64,000 nucleotides of DNA from Escherichia virus TH22. Each line of letters opens with the position of its first letter. The first letter of the stretch is position 1. Positions 11,755 through 22,765 of the stretch are shown here, in pieces. The notes below the pieces were generated by a model. That model was not told the DNA's origin, searched no databases, and was given only the letters and a program-made list of their open reading frames with translations. Made by a program: the position numbers and the translations under genes. The stretch lies in the sequence record MT446396.1. One strand, 5' to 3'.

Positions 11755-14700
11755 TTACCTTTACCTGTGTGGGTTCTTTCGGGTCGCGTGGATTACCAAT
11801 ATCATCCTTAAGACGTTGATTAACCAAATTGCGCCAGTTAGCAAAAGTCACGGCAGACTGGTCAAACAATGGACTGTATTTTTTACGACGTTCAGACGGG
11901 AGAGTCCCATGAAAATCTGAAAAATCGTTTTCGGCATCATAATCTGCTGGTAATGGGAATGGTAAACCTGCATTAGGAGCAATATTATATACCGCTTCAC
12001 CTGTAACAGGACTACGCTCAATGTTTCCATCGGCCCCAATAACTGCGATACGGTCGCACCATTCTGACGGAATACCTGACGACCAACGATAGTTGTTCAG
12101 TTTATTGATAATAGTTTCGGTATGTTTTAATGACAGACCAGCATTAACAAACATTGTCAATAATGTAATTCCAACGAATCCAAATCCAACCGGATGAACA
12201 AATCGCAATACGTCATTACGATAACGAGATGTTGGGAGACTTGATTTAATGGTCATTACATAGTAAGAACGATTTCGGTTGATATAATCGATGTTGTTGC
12301 TAAGTAATTCTTTCCCACGAACACCCTGAACAATCATACCTTCAAAGGAAGTCCTTTCGGATTTAATTTCTTGCCCAACAATAAAGCGACCAAGTAAGTT
12401 ATGAATCGTGATACGCCATCTCAATTTACCCTGTTTGTAGTCACGTTCCATATAAGTAACGTTACTGCGACCAGTTGGTGTGTAAATTGTTTGTCCAACA
12501 ATATCTTCGCTGATGTTATCAGATTCGACGATTATGTCATACTCGGTTCCGTTCTTGGATTCAATATCGATTTCAACGTCTTCATTATATAACAATTTGA
12601 ACAAAAATTTATAGGATGCTTCAGTACCCTTAGTGGCCCAAAAATCAGACTGTCTTGCTTCAAAGAAACGAACTACTTCGTCACGCTTGGTCTTTGACAA
12701 ATATATATTTCTTTTGTACATTTCGCTCCAAAGGTATTCCCATGCATCTTCCTCGCGCGGGTACTGGTTGCGAATTAAGTTCAAAAGGTTGTTATAATAT
12801 GTACCAGAGCCATCACTGATAAACTGCAAATAATATTCACAGAATTTTTCAAAGTTGCTATCCTGGAGCAAATAACTATCTGGAACCATCTTTGTTAAAA
12901 GAGGACGCAAGTCTGGGTCTTTCTCTTGTTCGTCATTATCTGGTGTCCATGGAATATCATGTTCCTGGTTCTGTAATTCTGCAGTGAACATAACTTCTTT
13001 CGGTTTCCAGATTAATCTAACTTCATCACGCCTACGATAGTCAAATTCAAAATAGCCAATAAGCTCTCCAGTATTTTTGTGTAACATAATACCCGAGGCG
13101 TATTTTTTAAAGCCATTGAATTCGATGTTAGGAGAAGTAACTTTTACTTGACCTTTATTCCAGTATTCGTGTACAATACGTTCAGGGGATGAACCACCAA
13201 AGGTATCGATAATCTTTTGATACAGCATGTCATTATATACAACCAGAGCTCTGTCTGACGTAGTAATCCAACAACGAGTATCATCACGACGAGACCAGTT
13301 AAAGAACGGTTCAGCGTAATATGACATACGGCCAGGTTTAAACTCTTCCCAACCTGAATCTTTATTCGACCTAAAACTCATCATCAAATAATGCTTGTCA
13401 TGTATCCATTGTTCGTCATACACATATTTGACTGCTTCATTAACTTCTTCAGGATACTTAGCAGGGAGTTCAGTATCCGGCTCTACGGAATAACGGAAGT
13501 TACTTGAACTGATAAAAAGTTCAATTCCGTCGGTTGACATGCTTGTGTAACCATGTTCAATACGTCGACGTTCATCCTCTGTGTTACCAAAAACTCGTGT
13601 CCATGTATCGGTGTCAGCATTTAATTTATAAACGCCCTTAGATAACGAATCGACAACGTTTTCAGGTTTAGTCGGGTCTTGTCGCTCTTCTTTTACTTCC
13701 CCCGTGATTAATGCAAATACTTCACCATCAATTGCATCCATCTTATAACAAACAGCTTTTGGATTACCACTTATTGTGCTATATCCAGCTTCAAATAATT
13801 TTTCACCGAATGTTGGGGAGTTGGGGTCGTTATCAATTGGAGCATCAGAAGATTTAGCTTTGTACACACGGTCGCGCCCGGCAACGTAAATCATGGAATC
13901 GGTCGTAGTGATTGCTTCAGCAATTGTCGAGATATAAGCAGGAAGTCTTGCGTATGTGCCAAATATTTCAATATCAAATCCAAGATTGATATCCGAACCA
14001 ATTTTTGCAAATGTTATATCCTGGGAACTGAATCGAACATCATCAGCAGACCATCTTATGTCACTTGATTTGCGGCCGTAAAAAATTCGGTCATACCCGA
14101 GTACGTAAGTTGTCGTATCTGATTGATAATAAATTGTGCGCGATACTGGGTTACCGATACGGTCATTAAACAATTTTACATAATACCAGTTCTGCCCTTT
14201 ATCATTGGAGACTTTGACAGTTGTCTGGAATCGTTCAAACAAATACAGTACGCCACCGAGTTCAGCAATCATTGTACGATTAACATCGTTACATACCGGC
14301 TGAATGCTACCCTGGATTTCGTGGTATTGGTCTTCTTTTAATACATAGTTTGAAATTGAAGACAAATGAGAATACGCAGGAGTAAAGCTAAAATCTTCAG
14401 ACATCAGCGATGCCATAATTGCATCATTATTAAAGTTGATATAAGCTTGGTTATTGTTTGTAAATTTTTCTTCGATGAATTTATTTGTTAATGTAAATTC
14501 ACGCATGTGCTCAAATGTGTATGCGTTAGTTGCAAAGGTTTCAAATTCTTCGGTATAAACCCAATCAGATTGTTCAAAACCCATTGCTGCAACAGCAACA
14601 CGCATTTTGTAAAATGATACTGGACGAATAAAATCTTGTTCGAACCATTCATTGTCTGGAGTATAACCTAAATTCCTCCATAACAGATTTTCTTCTGGAA

Positions 14701-14845
14701 TAGCAACACCATTTTCTTTTGTCGTAGCAATCTCAACAAAATAATAAAAGTTGGCGCCAACATTATCCCATTTTATGCTAACCTGGTTAGCAGATAGTTT
14801 ATCAATCCGTAAGCTGGTTACATAAGGGGCTTTAACACTCATCAT
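11747..14845 (-). CDS. 7: Baseplate wedge protein gp7
   Basis: Start set at MMSVKAPYV (14845) after gp6 stop, giving 1032 aa, the T4 gp7 length; track ORF has an in-frame upstream extension. Confidence 0.85.
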   Translation of the reverse strand: MMSVKAPYVTSLRIDKLSANQVSIKWDNVGANFYYFVEIATTKENGVAIPEENLLWRNLGYTPDNEWFEQDFIRPVSFYKMRVAVAAMGFEQSDWVYTEEFETFATNAYTFEHMREFTLTNKFIEEKFTNNNQAYINFNNDAIMASLMSEDFSFTPAYSHLSSISNYVLKEDQYHEIQGSIQPVCNDVNRTMIAELGGVLYLFERFQTTVKVSNDKGQNWYYVKLFNDRIGNPVSRTIYYQSDTTTYVLGYDRIFYGRKSSDIRWSADDVRFSSQDITFAKIGSDINLGFDIEIFGTYARLPAYISTIAEAITTTDSMIYVAGRDRVYKAKSSDAPIDNDPNSPTFGEKLFEAGYSTISGNPKAVCYKMDAIDGEVFALITGEVKEERQDPTKPENVVDSLSKGVYKLNADTDTWTRVFGNTEDERRRIEHGYTSMSTDGIELFISSSNFRYSVEPDTELPAKYPEEVNEAVKYVYDEQWIHDKHYLMMSFRSNKDSGWEEFKPGRMSYYAEPFFNWSRRDDTRCWITTSDRALVVYNDMLYQKIIDTFGGSSPERIVHEYWNKGQVKVTSPNIEFNGFKKYASGIMLHKNTGELIGYFEFDYRRRDEVRLIWKPKEVMFTAELQNQEHDIPWTPDNDEQEKDPDLRPLLTKMVPDSYLLQDSNFEKFCEYYLQFISDGSGTYYNNLLNLIRNQYPREEDAWEYLWSEMYKRNIYLSKTKRDEVVRFFEARQSDFWATKGTEASYKFLFKLLYNEDVEIDIESKNGTEYDIIVESDNISEDIVGQTIYTPTGRSNVTYMERDYKQGKLRWRITIHNLLGRFIVGQEIKSERTSFEGMIVQGVRGKELLSNNIDYINRNRSYYVMTIKSSLPTSRYRNDVLRFVHPVGFGFVGITLLTMFVNAGLSLKHTETIINKLNNYRWSSGIPSEWCDRIAVIGADGNIERSPVTGEAVYNIAPNAGLPFPLPADYDAENDFSDFHGTLPSERRKKYSPLFDQSAVTFANWRNLVNQRLKDDIGNPRDPKEPTQVKVNE

Positions 14846-14849
14846 GGTT

Positions 14850-14873
14850 TCCTTAAAAAGCCTCCGAAGAGGC
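14850..14873 (-). promoter_or_regulatory. Intercistronic hairpin between genes 6 and 7
   Basis: AGCCTC-TTCG-GAGGCT hairpin plus short T-run on minus strand, followed by RBS and gene 7 ATG; possible attenuator. Confidence 0.3.
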
Positions 14874-16820
14874 TTATAGTGTAATCGGTTCAAGGTCAAT
14901 CTTTGTATATTGCGGACGAAGGTCATTCTCAAATACAATCAGTGAACCATCTTGCGTGTATATATTATCTTGGTTGGGACTTGCATAAAGTTCGATTGAT
15001 TGAACTTCAAAGCGCTCGGAGGTCAATCCAATCGCGGCGATATCCCAAAAAATATAATCAGAGTAATAGTCAATTTCGCCAATTGCGTAATAAACTGTTT
15101 GGTCAGCCGGAGCTTCCATTTTATTAAAGTCATCTTGGAGGTAAGGCTGGATGTTTACGTTTTCGATAACATCACCCGGACGGAATGGACCAATTACCAT
15201 TTTGCCATCACCGCGAGAATCTTTATCAGTTGCAACAATGCGAACGTTATAGGCTTCACCCGTAGTCGGAACAAATTCAAATTCGCTTGATTCGACTGAA
15301 CGGTTGCCATACTGGTTATAGTATTTAATGCCGGATTCCGGAGTCTTAAAGAAGTTCAGGACTTCACGCACCATCGAAATGGTTGCAGACGAGCCAAGAA
15401 TACTATGGTCGGTATTATCCACATATGTAAGCATTTTTGACTTAGCAAAACTTCTGTTAAAGATTTCAACTTCATCGATATAATAACGGTCAATCTGATT
15501 AATGATTTGTGCTTGCAACCATTGTTCAGATTCTTGCAATTTGTTCAGCGCATAAGACACTTTGATATTATGTTTAAGGAACAAATAATCCGGAGAAATT
15601 ACCGATGGTGTAATTGTTGATACGTTGAACTCGCTAAGGTAGTTCTGGATGTCCTCACGCTGCACTGCAGTGAGATACAAGCCCGATTTAGGCTTAACTG
15701 ATATAAACGCATATCCAGGTTTATTAGCGTCTGTAAACGTCTGCACGGCTTGTACAATTGACCCAAATCTTTCGGATACGAAGGTATCATAATCTGTTCC
15801 GGTGACAGCACGCATCTGCGCTTCACGTTTAACAACAGCCAGTTCACGGATACGTTCGATATCTTCTGGGTCACCACCACCATCAGCACCGACATAATCA
15901 GGGTCATTATTGTAGTTTTCAGTAATCTTATCCACTGTGATATAAGACAACGTATCAGCATAACTGAAATCGACAGCGCCGTTTGCATCTGCCCCGGAAG
16001 TACGAAGATACTCAATAACAATTGTTGAATCTTGCACAGGTTTAAGACCGCCAATATAGTTGGCTTCCATAACGCCACCGGCCACAGATTTGGTGGATTC
16101 GCCTTCACCGAAGAAAAATTCGGTATAGCCATCGATTGTTTCACGCATATAAAATATGGTGGAAGTCGAACCAGCGTGAACCATTGATTTGTTCGTCCAG
16201 TCATCCCACTCAACACCATTCACATATAACTTAACTTCTTTGCGGTCAATATCCGGGTCGCGGATAAGAATAGGTTGTTTCGGGTCATATAAAAGTTCCG
16301 TACGAATAATACGACCCTGTGCCAGAGATACAATCGGAAGGTATTGGTTGTTAATATCTTTAACCGCGATAACGTTTTCCGTGGTAACAAAAACATAAGG
16401 GTCAGCTGATGTATCACGAGCATAAGCCAGGAATTTAGTTCCTCGTGGGATTTCAATATTCGACGGCTGCAAAGCATGAGAACATGTCAACATAACCGAA
16501 GTCTTTGCAGCCGAGCGAGAAGATGGAAGATATCCATTATCCTGCGCAGCCTGAACAACTGAAGACCTTAAGTTTGCAGTTCCAATAAATGATTCATAAA
16601 CCGCTGTATTAGCAAACTGCTGCATATACAATGTATTATATGCAAGCATGTCAATCAGGATATTCATTCGCGAACCTACGAAATCATAATCCTTAAATTC
16701 ATCCTGGCTTGATAACCAGTCGATGATATTCTTTTTAATTTCTTCAAACGTAGCTCCCACAAATACTTTTGGGATAGCGTTAACGGTTCTTGTTAATTGG
16801 TAATTCGTAGGAGTAGCCAT
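14874..16820 (-). CDS. 6: Baseplate wedge protein gp6
   Basis: 648 aa (T4 gp6 ~660 aa); position between 5.4 and 7. Confidence 0.85.
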   Translation of the reverse strand: MATPTNYQLTRTVNAIPKVFVGATFEEIKKNIIDWLSSQDEFKDYDFVGSRMNILIDMLAYNTLYMQQFANTAVYESFIGTANLRSSVVQAAQDNGYLPSSRSAAKTSVMLTCSHALQPSNIEIPRGTKFLAYARDTSADPYVFVTTENVIAVKDINNQYLPIVSLAQGRIIRTELLYDPKQPILIRDPDIDRKEVKLYVNGVEWDDWTNKSMVHAGSTSTIFYMRETIDGYTEFFFGEGESTKSVAGGVMEANYIGGLKPVQDSTIVIEYLRTSGADANGAVDFSYADTLSYITVDKITENYNNDPDYVGADGGGDPEDIERIRELAVVKREAQMRAVTGTDYDTFVSERFGSIVQAVQTFTDANKPGYAFISVKPKSGLYLTAVQREDIQNYLSEFNVSTITPSVISPDYLFLKHNIKVSYALNKLQESEQWLQAQIINQIDRYYIDEVEIFNRSFAKSKMLTYVDNTDHSILGSSATISMVREVLNFFKTPESGIKYYNQYGNRSVESSEFEFVPTTGEAYNVRIVATDKDSRGDGKMVIGPFRPGDVIENVNIQPYLQDDFNKMEAPADQTVYYAIGEIDYYSDYIFWDIAAIGLTSERFEVQSIELYASPNQDNIYTQDGSLIVFENDLRPQYTKIDLEPITL

Positions 16821-16828
16821 TTTATTTC

Positions 16829-17122
16829 CTATTTTATAAAGACTTTTGATGAGGCTTGAGCCACAGTATCACCACATGAAATCGGGTCTGCCATTTGAAC
16901 AGCTTTCTTACCAGTAACAAATACCTTTGATGTACGCGGTTGTGTTACTCCGCCGTGGGTTTCATATGGTTTTTTAATTTCGGTATGCTCGGTAATAGGG
17001 TCTCCGGCGACTAATACTGGAATTCCCCCGGTGAATACTTTACCTTGAGTTGCATTAATTACAGTCGGCGGCCATGCTTCGTGGCCTGCTGTAACACATT
17101 GATTAAAACTTAATCCAGCCAT
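16829..17122 (-). CDS. 5.4: PAAR-repeat baseplate tip/spike-sharpening protein gp5.4
   Basis: 97 aa, same length as T4 gp5.4; Gly/Pro-rich PAAR-like repeats ([21 protein letters not shown]). Confidence 0.8.
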   Translation of the reverse strand: MAGLSFNQCVTAGHEAWPPTVINATQGKVFTGGIPVLVAGDPITEHTEIKKPYETHGGVTQPRTSKVFVTGKKAVQMADPISCGDTVAQASSKVFIK

Positions 17123-17643
17123 TAATCCCTCGCGTATACGTATGAACGCAATTTATCGGCCCATCTTGACCAGTTGCCAACGATAGTTTTTGTGTAAACT
17201 TTTGTCATTGTCTTTCTTACTGGAGCAGGAGGTGGGTCGGTCTCATTACCTGTACGGCTATTACTGCCACCAGAGTTCCCTGTGTCTCCGCCAGAGCTCT
17301 CTTCTTGAAAATCATAGGTTAGGGTTACCGTGTATGAAAAGACCTTCTGGAGGCTCGATGGGGCCCTCCAGAGATACAATTGAGTACTCTTATCGGTAGG
17401 AAGGTCTTCCCATGAACCAGCAGTTTTAAATTCATCATTAAGCCGATATTTAAGTGCATCATCTGCAAATCCAAACACGGATTCATAAACACCATAAAGA
17501 TGATTTCCCTCAACATTAACGCCAGGGGTGACCTCATATTCAGTTATATTTATTTCGACTAATGTTTCGTTTGTTTCTAATTGAGCTGTAAACGTAACAT
17601 CGATTGAGGCTCCTTCCATGGAGTCTCCTAGGTCAGTGCTCAT
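17122..17643 (-). CDS. Hypothetical protein in gene 5.1 position
   Basis: ORF between gene 5 and 5.4; start set at MSTDLGD (17643) just after gp5 stop, but no clear RBS; track ORF extends upstream into gene 5. Confidence 0.5.
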   Translation of the reverse strand: MSTDLGDSMEGASIDVTFTAQLETNETLVEINITEYEVTPGVNVEGNHLYGVYESVFGFADDALKYRLNDEFKTAGSWEDLPTDKSTQLYLWRAPSSLQKVFSYTVTLTYDFQEESSGGDTGNSGGSNSRTGNETDPPPAPVRKTMTKVYTKTIVGNWSRWADKLRSYVYARD

Positions 17644-17653
17644 CGGAAGTATA

Positions 17654-19396
17654 TTAGCCAATGTCAATCCTCGAACCATCAATAGTATATTGACCAGATG
17701 CAATAGAACTCATTGAAGCCATAGTCTCGGACCAAGCACCTGCACAAGTCCAAGATACGGTACCATTTACAGTCCAGTTTAAATTACCATTAGTCGTGCG
17801 AGTTTCATTACCTTCTACTAAGGTAGTCGCATCACCCTTAACAGTAACATCAGCATTTCCTTCAACAATAACAGTAACGTTGCCTTTAACTCTGAGTGTT
17901 CCATTACCTTCTACAGTTTTCTCTTCGTTACCACGAATATGGATGGTTTCGTTTCCATCGGTCTGACGACGAACGTTAGCCATATTGTAATAGGTTTCAT
18001 CACCACCAACGTTGACTTTATTATTCCCACCAACATAAGTGCTTGAATCGCCCTGGGTCATATAATAGCCATCGGCTACCGTCTTCGAAGTCTTACGACC
18101 ATCTGGTGCAACTTCCTCATAGGAACCGGTCGGATGAATCAGTCGATAACGTTCTTGTCCTGGAGTGTTATCAAATTCCTGAATATGACCGCCTTCAGTT
18201 TGCATTGTCTGCACGTAAGGATATTCACCTTTGTAACTTGATTCTGGCTCTTTAAATAGAATCCTCGTATCTTCTGGAGTCCACGGGTCGGCCGGGTCGG
18301 AATTTGTAGGGGCCACAAAGGTTTGAATCATCCTGTATGAACGCCCTTTAAATGACCTTTCTTTAGGGGCCATAATACCATATGATTCCATGTTACCTGT
18401 GAGGATAATCATTGATACCCTTGATGCACGGCCTTTAGTTTGGTTAAACCATACAGAATCACGAGCGGCATCAAATGCTTTCTTATAATCTCCGGCTAAC
18501 ATTGCAGCGAGCATCGTTTTAAATTTAGCAAGTCCACCTAATCCCATTTGGAAAGCCATGTTTTCAAGAGCCATTTGTCTTGAACGGTTTTCTTTATTGT
18601 AAACCGGACCTACAACACTATGTCTACCTATATCATTTTGGACTTTTTTAAGGTCTTCTTGGAATAACTTAGAAGCCTCGTCCATTGATATTGCACCAGG
18701 GTTACCTTTAACTTCACGGCCTATTTGATTGGATAATATTTTGTTTATCTGATTCATATCTCTAATAGGTTGTGGTGTAATTAAGTGTCCTATACCTATA
18801 GTAGGATAACCTTCAGTGTCCCAATATACTTTCAGACGAAGACCTTCATCGCGGTGAAGCATGTTTTCTATTGTGAAATTAGGATTATCATCAGGCTTAA
18901 CTTGGCTTAAATCTAACCCGTCTGGATTAATACCTACATCAGTGTTTGCATCTTGTATTACGTTTGAAGTGTCATCATAACCGACCTCACCGCCTCGGTT
19001 AAGCGCAGCAGCATCATTGCCCACATAAAGCGGATATTGCCCTGTGGGGTCACTAAAACCTTCTGTTGTGTTTGCCTTCTGTCTTGATGCTGAGCCATAT
19101 GTACCAAGGACTAATCCATTGAGCTTCCACTTGTCCAAAAAGTGACCATATACTTGAGTACCCGGGACCATACCAGTCATGGCAGTTTGAATACCGGAAA
19201 CCGATGCAGATGATGTTGGCATCAATACAGACATCCAGGGCAGGTCTTCAGTTCTGATACCTTTTACAGGCCCTTGCGATTTCTCATATGGATGCATACC
19301 CCATACACGAACACGAACACGACCTTGTTGAAGTGGGTCCATTCGGTCTTCGACAACACCGACGAACCAACTTACACTATCTGACATATTAATCAT
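17654..19396 (-). CDS. 5: Baseplate hub and tail lysozyme gp5
   Basis: 580 aa; internal T4-lysozyme-like segment (YWDTEGYPTIGIGHLI) and C-terminal beta-helix VxGxxxV repeats (VKGNVTVIVEGNADVTVKGDATTLVEGN) as in T4 gp5. Confidence 0.9.
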   Translation of the reverse strand: MINMSDSVSWFVGVVEDRMDPLQQGRVRVRVWGMHPYEKSQGPVKGIRTEDLPWMSVLMPTSSASVSGIQTAMTGMVPGTQVYGHFLDKWKLNGLVLGTYGSASRQKANTTEGFSDPTGQYPLYVGNDAAALNRGGEVGYDDTSNVIQDANTDVGINPDGLDLSQVKPDDNPNFTIENMLHRDEGLRLKVYWDTEGYPTIGIGHLITPQPIRDMNQINKILSNQIGREVKGNPGAISMDEASKLFQEDLKKVQNDIGRHSVVGPVYNKENRSRQMALENMAFQMGLGGLAKFKTMLAAMLAGDYKKAFDAARDSVWFNQTKGRASRVSMIILTGNMESYGIMAPKERSFKGRSYRMIQTFVAPTNSDPADPWTPEDTRILFKEPESSYKGEYPYVQTMQTEGGHIQEFDNTPGQERYRLIHPTGSYEEVAPDGRKTSKTVADGYYMTQGDSSTYVGGNNKVNVGGDETYYNMANVRRQTDGNETIHIRGNEEKTVEGNGTLRVKGNVTVIVEGNADVTVKGDATTLVEGNETRTTNGNLNWTVNGTVSWTCAGAWSETMASMSSIASGQYTIDGSRIDIG

Positions 19397-19995
19397 AGCG
19401 CCTTCTCCATCTCGCGGATTAATGCCGAAATAAATGATTCGATATCATTAGGGTCGATTATCTTTATTTCTCGTTTATATTCATTTTTGCGAATAGCATC
19501 TTCGTAGATATCCACTGCAGCTAATGGGCCTTCATACTGTGGGTATAATTTGTTCTTATCACCTTTATCATACCATGTGTATGGATTATCAGGATAAGAA
19601 ACAAGATTCCAGAATTTTTCACCATCTTCATTTACATGATAAAGAACCTGATTACCACCTATATTCGAATAGCGTTGAATTGATGCCTGATATGATGATT
19701 CTTGTGAACATATCCAACCATAATACGGGTCATAGATATTATTAAGCATAAGGAGAACCCAATAGAGTTGAGTATTACCATAGAGCTGATATGCAAGTTC
19801 TTCAGGTCTCGGAGCTCCGGCGATGTAATATGTTTTCGGTGTATAATTAACCGCGACCTTATCAAAATATGCACGATAGTTTCTGAAGATGTCAGTCATT
19901 GGGATGCTTAAGACATCTTCTTTCGTTAATGATGCCGAGTTTTTTCTGATTGTTTTAGCATCATAATCAATTGGGTTAAAAAATGAAAAAAGCAT
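19393..19995 (-). CDS. 53: Baseplate wedge protein gp53
   Basis: 200 aa (T4 gp53 ~196 aa), first gene of the minus-strand late operon, overlapping gene 5 start. Confidence 0.85.
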   Translation of the reverse strand: MLFSFFNPIDYDAKTIRKNSASLTKEDVLSIPMTDIFRNYRAYFDKVAVNYTPKTYYIAGAPRPEELAYQLYGNTQLYWVLLMLNNIYDPYYGWICSQESSYQASIQRYSNIGGNQVLYHVNEDGEKFWNLVSYPDNPYTWYDKGDKNKLYPQYEGPLAAVDIYEDAIRKNEYKREIKIIDPNDIESFISALIREMEKAL

Positions 19996-20035
19996 AAAGC
20001 CTCCATTTACAATATGGTTTAAGTATGATATACTC

Positions 20036-20047
20036 TATTTATAAATA
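20036..20047. promoter_or_regulatory. Divergent overlapping late promoters (TATTTATAAATA)
   Basis: TATTTATAAATA contains TATAAATA on both strands: minus copy faces gene 53, plus copy lies ~20 nt upstream of the ATG at 20066. Confidence 0.55.
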
Positions 20048-20065
20048 CATATGAGGAAAATATAA

Positions 20066-20773
20066 ATGAACTATCTAAAACATTACAATAACTTAATCCA
20101 ACGAGCTAAAAATCGAGCACCCATTGATGGTTACAAAGAGAAACATCACATTATTCCAAGATGTATGGGCGGATTAGATACTGATGAAAATTTAGTCGAG
20201 CTTACCGCTCCTGAACATTTTGTCGCCCACCTGTTATTGGTTAAAATTTATCCAGATAATCACTCGTTAGCACATGCTGCGAAAATTCTAATGGGTTCCA
20301 ACAATTACAATAACAAACAATTTGAATGGGTGCGCATCCGCGCTGTTGAGACTTCCATTAAGTTTCACACTGGACGTAAACGTTCAAAACAAACATGTGA
20401 AAATATTTCAAAAGCTCTTAAAGGTAAGAAATATGGCCCGCGCTCTGAAGAGCATTGCAAAAAGTTGTCAGAAGCAGCAAAGGGTAAAAAGTTCTCTGAA
20501 GAACATTGTAAGAAATTATCAGAAAGAGTGTTTACAGATGATTGGCGAGCAAAAATATCCAAGGCAAATAAAGAAAGAGTTTTGGTAAATCATAGCGAGA
20601 AAATAAAGCAAGGTATTACTGATGATGTCAGAAAACGTTTATCAGAGCTTAATAAAAATGCTCCCCGTCACACCTGTGAACACTGTGGAAAAATAACAAA
20701 TCCAGGCAACTATAAACGTTGGCATGGTGAAAATTGTAAGGTACTTAAAAATGGCGTACTCCGGGAAGTTTAA
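20066..20773 (+). CDS. Free-standing HNH homing endonuclease (mob-like) with repeated basic nucleic-acid-binding motifs
   Basis: N-terminal HNH signature EKHHIIPRCMGG...ENLVELTAPEHFVAHLL; repeated KKxSE(E)HCKKLSE motifs; stop overlaps gene 4 start. Confidence 0.8.
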   Translation: MNYLKHYNNLIQRAKNRAPIDGYKEKHHIIPRCMGGLDTDENLVELTAPEHFVAHLLLVKIYPDNHSLAHAAKILMGSNNYNNKQFEWVRIRAVETSIKFHTGRKRSKQTCENISKALKGKKYGPRSEEHCKKLSEAAKGKKFSEEHCKKLSERVFTDDWRAKISKANKERVLVNHSEKIKQGITDDVRKRLSELNKNAPRHTCEHCGKITNPGNYKRWHGENCKVLKNGVLREV

Positions 20774-21200
20774 ACCAACAAATCTAGAAAAATATAAAGG
20801 TGATTGGAAGAAAATACAGTACAGGTCGAGTTGGGAGGCATATATGTTCAAGTGGCTCGACACTCACCCCAATGTTGTTCAATGGGGTTCTGAGACTGTT
20901 GTTATTCCATATTTTAGCAATGCTGATGGCAAAAAGCGCCGTTACTATATGGATATATGGTGTAAATTTGATACCGGCCAGCAATTTTTTATTGAAATAA
21001 AACCATTCAAAGAAACACAGCCCCCAAAAATTCCTGTAAATAATACAGCAGCCAGTAAGAAACGTTATATAAACGAAATGTACACTTATTCTGTGAACAG
21101 GGATAAGTGGAAAGCTGCACAAGCTACCGCAGATAAAATGGGTATTACATTTCGCATTCTAACCGAAAACGGCCTGAAAAAATTAGGATGGAAAGGATGA
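20751..21200 (+). CDS. 4: Head completion protein gp4
   Basis: Start at MAYSGKF gives 149 aa (T4 gp4 ~150 aa); T4 order 53/4/2/3. Confidence 0.8.
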   Translation: MAYSGKFKPTNLEKYKGDWKKIQYRSSWEAYMFKWLDTHPNVVQWGSETVVIPYFSNADGKKRRYYMDIWCKFDTGQQFFIEIKPFKETQPPKIPVNNTAASKKRYINEMYTYSVNRDKWKAAQATADKMGITFRILTENGLKKLGWKG

Positions 21201-22024
21201 GTATTTTTACATTTATCAATGAATCTGCAGATAAACCAGGTCCGAAACCCAGTAAATCAGAACAACAATGGGTTGAGATAGGGGTTGAATTTTATACAGC
21301 AAAAGAAAAAGGAATGACCTCGAAGAAGTTTGCTGAAGAGAAAGGAATCAACTATTCGACCTTTACCAAAAGCATGTCGAGGTATCATTCAAGAATTCAG
21401 ACTGCTTATAAAGTATCCAAGCTCAAAAAGAAACCTGCTGGTAAACTTACGAAGGCTGAACGCCAGCTGATAATGGTGAATAGCTTTAGGAAGAGCATAA
21501 GAGATAAGATTGCTAACGAAGGCGCTGCAAGCAACACCAAATCTGCCAGATGGTTCGCAGAGACAATTAAGAAATCAGTTCGCGGCCACGTAACGGCTAA
21601 ACCTCAACCAGGTAAACTTTATGCTTATATCTATGATGCAAAGCATAAGGATACTCTTCCATACTGGGACAAATATCCGTTAATCATTTATCTTGGTCTA
21701 GGTAAGCATAATTTGATGTACGGTTTGAACTTGCACTATATTCCACCGAAGGCACGTCAAGAGTTCCTTGAGGAACTTCTTAAGCAATATGCTAATACTC
21801 CTACGATTACAAACAAGACTCATCTGAAGATTGATTGGTCAAAGGTGAAGGGATTTAAAGGGGCTGACCAGATGATTAAAGCATATATACCCGGCAATAT
21901 AAAAGGTACTATCACTGAAATCAAGCCCAGCGACTGGGCAAATGTGGTATTACTCCCCCTTCAGCAGTTTTTTTCAAAAGGCAAAAGATATTCTTCCCAG
22001 AAAGTATGGAGAAATTCACTTTGA
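21197..22024 (+). CDS. 2: DNA end protector protein gp2
   Basis: Start at MSIFTF (ATGA overlap with gene 4 stop) gives 275 aa (T4 gp2 ~274 aa); in-frame alternative start at 21188. Confidence 0.8.
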   Translation: MSIFTFINESADKPGPKPSKSEQQWVEIGVEFYTAKEKGMTSKKFAEEKGINYSTFTKSMSRYHSRIQTAYKVSKLKKKPAGKLTKAERQLIMVNSFRKSIRDKIANEGAASNTKSARWFAETIKKSVRGHVTAKPQPGKLYAYIYDAKHKDTLPYWDKYPLIIYLGLGKHNLMYGLNLHYIPPKARQEFLEELLKQYANTPTITNKTHLKIDWSKVKGFKGADQMIKAYIPGNIKGTITEIKPSDWANVVLLPLQQFFSKGKRYSSQKVWRNSL

Positions 22025-22680
22025 ATTATCAGTTTATATATTCATCGTTAATTGAAAGGGCCTGTAACAGGGTCCTGATTTCATATAAAGAATCTCATCA
22101 CATCATTCCGAAATGTATGGGTGGTTCAAATGACCCAGATAATCTGGTCGATTTGACTCCTGAGGAACATTATGTAGCCCATCAACTATTGGTTAAAATA
22201 TATCCTACAAATCCAGGTTTAAGTTTTGCTGCTACATCCATGTGCCAGTCAAGCAAGTATTTGAAACGCAATAATAAATTATTTGGTTGGTTAAGACGTA
22301 GACACGCTGACAATATTTCTAAAAGTCAAACCGGTAAAGTTTACTTTAATAATGGTGTCAAATCGATAAAACTATTTCCATGGGAAAATATTCCGGATGG
22401 GTTTGTCAAAGGAAGACATTACAGTCCAACCAAGGGTACAAAACATTCTCGCAATAATGGTCATTTTAAAAATAAAGAGATTCAGGATGAATTGAGAAAG
22501 CGCCGGTGGGAAAAAGATAGGCAAGAAATGTGTAAAAACTTCGGAGTTGATACCGTCGAGCAAGCTCGAGAGTTGGTCTTAGCATATAAAAAGGAATTGC
22601 ATCCTCGATACTGGGTAAAGCCAATGTTGGAACGTTATCCGTTTATGACTAAGCTAAGACTTAACACATTAATAAAATAA
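22006..22680 (+). CDS. Free-standing HNH homing endonuclease (second copy, paralog of 20066)
   Basis: HNH signature [12 protein letters not shown]...[23 protein letters not shown] closely parallels the 20066 protein; start overlaps gene 2 end. Confidence 0.8.
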   Translation: MEKFTLNYQFIYSSLIERACNRVLISYKESHHIIPKCMGGSNDPDNLVDLTPEEHYVAHQLLVKIYPTNPGLSFAATSMCQSSKYLKRNNKLFGWLRRRHADNISKSQTGKVYFNNGVKSIKLFPWENIPDGFVKGRHYSPTKGTKHSRNNGHFKNKEIQDELRKRRWEKDRQEMCKNFGVDTVEQARELVLAYKKELHPRYWVKPMLERYPFMTKLRLNTLIK

Positions 22681-22765
22681 TCTATTATCGGTCAGTGTTA
22701 TTGGTAAGGACAAAAGGTCTAGAACCATTATAACACTGATTGTTTTAAAGCAAACAAGGTGCATT

